Of a stretch of DNA of 64,000 bases, positions 61,569 through 64,000 are shown piece after piece. Both the position numbers and the translations under genes were made by a program. The notes below the pieces were generated by a model. The model saw only the letters and a program-made list of their open reading frames with translations, did not search any database and was not told where the DNA came from. Source of the DNA: Rhodocyclaceae bacterium (lineage in GTDB: Bacteria > Pseudomonadota > Gammaproteobacteria > Burkholderiales > Rhodocyclaceae); assembly GCA_003963315.1 (NCBI GenBank), contig RXJP01000035.1, positions 14,802-78,801 on the forward strand, read 5' to 3'. The number at the start of each line of letters is the position of its first letter. Within the stretch, counting starts at the first letter, position 1.

Positions 61569-62278
61569 ACCTTGATGCGGAAGGGATTGAAATTGGTGTG
61601 GCGGTCGTACCAGTCCTCATGCTCCTTGCGCTTGAGGAAGTGCACCACCTTGTAGGTCACCGGCGTCATCACCACCTCCCAGCCGGTCTTCAGGGCGTAT
61701 TGGGCCAGGGCCACATGGAACACCTGGCTGTCGGGCCAGAGGCCGTAGAAAGCGATGGCATAAAACAGGCCCGAGTCCACCGCCTCCCCCGCCAGGGTGG
61801 AACCGATGGTGCGGGTCCACAGCCATTTGCCTTCGGTGGCGATCTTCATCTTGGCCAGCACATAGCTGTTCACGAAGGTGCCGCACCAGAAGGCGATCAT
61901 GGAGCCGGCGACAATGCGCGGCGTGTTGCCGAACACCGCTTCCAGATGGGCTTGGTAGCCGCGGTTGAAATCGTCCGTCGCCGGCGGCAGGGACAGCACC
62001 ACCACCGACATGAAACTGGCGAAGGCCAGGGCGGCGAACCCCACCCACACCACGCGCCGATCGCGGCCGTAGCCGTATACCTCGGTGAGGATGTCGCCGA
62101 AGATGTAGGAGATGGGGAAGAACAGCACACCGCCGCTGAACACCACGGTGCCGAACAGGGGCAGTTCCACCTGGGCCGCCTTGGCCGCGCCGATCAGGTT
62201 GGAGCAAAGCAGCACCACGGCGAAGGCCGCCATGATGAAGTCGTAATACCGGTACTGCCGCTGGGGAGGGGCGTTCAT
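61565..62278 (-). CDS. yhhQ: Queuosine precursor transporter (YhhQ/VUT family, DUF165)
   Basis: YYDFIMAAFAVVLLCSNLIGAAK...FFPISYIFGDILTEVYGY.... 4-nt overlap with ygiD. Confidence 0.85.
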   Translation of the reverse strand: MNAPPQRQYRYYDFIMAAFAVVLLCSNLIGAAKAAQVELPLFGTVVFSGGVLFFPISYIFGDILTEVYGYGRDRRVVWVGFAALAFASFMSVVVLSLPPATDDFNRGYQAHLEAVFGNTPRIVAGSMIAFWCGTFVNSYVLAKMKIATEGKWLWTRTIGSTLAGEAVDSGLFYAIAFYGLWPDSQVFHVALAQYALKTGWEVVMTPVTYKVVHFLKRKEHEDWYDRHTNFNPFRIKV

Positions 62279-62407
62279 CTTTTTCTCCTGTTGTCATGGG
62301 TTTGTCATCGCATTGTATTGACAATGCCGGCCCCGGGCTTCGCTGGTACATTGGCCGCCACGTCATTCCCCCTTTCCCGAGCCCGCAATCCCCAGCCCAT
62401 ATTTCCG

Positions 62408-64000
62408 ATGAGCGAAAACAAGCAATTCTTTCCCCGCCCGGTCATCGAGGCCGGCGGCAATCGCTGGGACTGGGCGCTGCTGCCCCTGGTGCTGGCCCTG
62501 CTGGTGCTGCTGGCCTACGGCGCCCAGCAGATGGCGCGGCCGTTCCAGTTGGGAGAAGTGATCCCGCTCTCCCTCGACCCGAGCAACCTGCCCTACTACC
62601 TGCTGCGCACCACCCTGCGCATGTTCATCGCCCTGGCCGCGTCGATGCTGTTCAGTTGCCTCTTCGCCGCCATCGCCGCCAAGTACCGCAGCGCCGAAAA
62701 AGTGATGGTGCCCCTCCTAGACATCCTCCAGTCGATTCCCATCCTCGGCTTCCTCTCCATTACCGTGAGCGGTTTCATCGCCCTGTTCCCGGGCAACCTG
62801 CTCGGCGTGGAGTGCGCGGCGATCTTCGCCATCTTCACCTCCCAGGCCTGGAACATGGCCTTTTCCGCCTACCAGGGTTTCCGCACCGTGCCGGCGGAAC
62901 TGATGGAAGCCGCCCAGGTCTTCCAGCTCTCCGGCTGGCAACGCTTCTGGCGCTTGGAGCTGCCCTTCGCTATCCCCGGCCTGCTGTGGAACATGATGAT
63001 GTCCATGTCCGGCGGCTGGTTCTTCGTCGTCGCCTCGGAAGCCATCTCGGTCTCCAACCAGAACATCAAGCTGCCCGGTATCGGCTCCTACATCGCCCTG
63101 GCCATCGAAGCCCGCGACCTCTCCGCCATCGGCTGGGCCATCGGCGCCATGCTGGTGGGGGTGCTGCTCTACGACCAGTTGTTCTTCCGTCCGCTGCTGG
63201 CCTGGGCGGACAAGTTCCGTTTCGAGGAAACCGGCAGCGACACCGCCCAAGCCTCCTGGTTGCTCACCTGGCTGCGCCGTACCGAAAAAACCCAGGGACT
63301 GGTGGCCGGCTTCGCCCGCCTGCTGGAGCGCTCCTTCTCCCTGTTCCGCCGCAGCTACGACGGCACCTCGATCCGCTCCCGGCCTGCGCTGCCCTCTGCG
63401 CTGCCGGAACGCATCTGGGACGCGGTGATCGCCGCGGCGGTGTTCTACGCCTGCTGGGCGCTGTTCCATTTCATCCACAGCGAAGTGGGTTGGAGCGAAG
63501 CGGCGCGGGTGGTGGTGCTCGGCCTCTACACCCTGAGCCGGGTCATCATCCTGATCTTCCTTGCCGCCCTGATCTGGATTCCCATCGGCGTTTGGATCGG
63601 CCTCAATCCCCGGCTGGCGGAACGGGTCCAGGCGGTGGCCCAGTTCCTCGCCGCCTTCCCGGCCAACCTGATGTTCCCGGTGGCGGTGGTGGTGATCGTC
63701 AAGTACCACCTCAACCCGGACATCTGGCTCTCGCCGCTGATGATCCTCGGCACCCAGTGGTACCTGCTGTTCAACGTCATCGCCGGCGCGTCCACCATCC
63801 CCACCGAGCTGCGCTACGCGGCGAAGAACTTCGGCCTCACCGGCTGGCTCAAATGGCGGCGCTATCTGTTGCCGGCCATCTTTCCCAGCTTCGTCACCGG
63901 CGCCATCACCGCCACCGGCGGCTCCTGGAACGCCAGCATCGTGGCGGAATACGTGAGCTGGGGCGATACCACCTTGCAAGCCCACGGCATCGGCAGCTAT
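62408..64000 (+). CDS. ABC transporter, duplicated (fused) permease component, anion/NitT-TauT-like; 3' end outside window
   Basis: Not in the ORF track because it runs off the window. I translated it by hand from the ATG at 62408, giving 531 codons with no stop: MSENKQFFPRPVIEAGGNRWDWALLPLVLALLVL...LDILQSIPILGF...ASEAISV...WNASIVAEYVSWGDTTLQAHGIGSY. Two BPD-type permease domains. Confidence 0.8.
   Translation, partial: MSENKQFFPRPVIEAGGNRWDWALLPLVLALLVLLAYGAQQMARPFQLGEVIPLSLDPSNLPYYLLRTTLRMFIALAASMLFSCLFAAIAAKYRSAEKVMVPLLDILQSIPILGFLSITVSGFIALFPGNLLGVECAAIFAIFTSQAWNMAFSAYQGFRTVPAELMEAAQVFQLSGWQRFWRLELPFAIPGLLWNMMMSMSGGWFFVVASEAISVSNQNIKLPGIGSYIALAIEARDLSAIGWAIGAMLVGVLLYDQLFFRPLLAWADKFRFEETGSDTAQASWLLTWLRRTEKTQGLVAGFARLLERSFSLFRRSYDGTSIRSRPALPSALPERIWDAVIAAAVFYACWALFHFIHSEVGWSEAARVVVLGLYTLSRVIILIFLAALIWIPIGVWIGLNPRLAERVQAVAQFLAAFPANLMFPVAVVVIVKYHLNPDIWLSPLMILGTQWYLLFNVIAGASTIPTELRYAAKNFGLTGWLKWRRYLLPAIFPSFVTGAITATGGSWNASIVAEYVSWGDTTLQAHGIGSY

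Noticed and set aside
62279-62407. Possible preQ1 riboswitch upstream of yhhQ
   Set aside because: The minus-strand leader contains palindromes (TTGTCA-N11-TGACAA, CATTGTCAATACAATG). I could not find the preQ1-I P1 stem plus A-rich tail (..GGTTCGC..ACCC..AAAAAACTA) or an obvious preQ1-II/III fold. It may be a protein operator instead. Running cmsearch with RF00522, RF01054 and RF02680 would settle it.
62717-63985. 422-aa minus-strand ORF
   Set aside because: It is antisense to the duplicated ABC permease, which reads open from 62408 to the window end. The track missed that gene because it has no stop in the window. The antisense product is Gly/Asp/Glu/His-rich with no motifs.

Overview
High-GC (roughly 60-65% by eye) proteobacterial chromosome segment. 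Gene order (zapA-6S RNA, leuS-lptE-holA, spoT-rpoZ-gmk, yicC/rph) suggests a betaproteobacterium, possibly Rhodocyclales-like; that placement is inference only. Most of the window is housekeeping: glnK-amtB with a TorF-type porin, yifB, zapA, a cobalamin-riboswitch-controlled btuB/btuCD/cobO/bluB salvage cluster plus btuF, maeB, uvrD, leuS, proA, ogt, xerD, spoT, rph, rdgB, hemW, trmB and thiSG. There are two PAS/GGDEF/EAL signalling loci. Downstream of two tandem tRNA-Lys genes lies a small low-GC islet carrying an MNT/HEPN toxin-antitoxin pair and a chemoreceptor remnant. The standout is 58024-60715. A tRNA-Gly(CCC) gene is split in its anticodon stem by a complete 2.6 kb group II intron with GTGCG 5' end, textbook domain V, domain VI with a bulged A, and an RT/maturase/HNH ORF. 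That intron carries a second, intact tRNA-Gly(CCC) gene inside domain IV, just upstream of the RT start codon. The cargo tRNA differs from the interrupted tRNA at the positions that pair with the intron's putative EBS1/EBS2. This fits a mobile intron that brings a homing-resistant replacement copy of the tRNA it disrupts; I am not aware of a description of such an arrangement. Other items worth a look are a secreted DUF4139-like protein translationally coupled to a periplasmic Lig E-type DNA ligase, a porin/PBP/GGDEF-EAL/porin cluster, and three intergenic repeat families. Many long ORFs in the track are antisense GC artefacts and were rejected.
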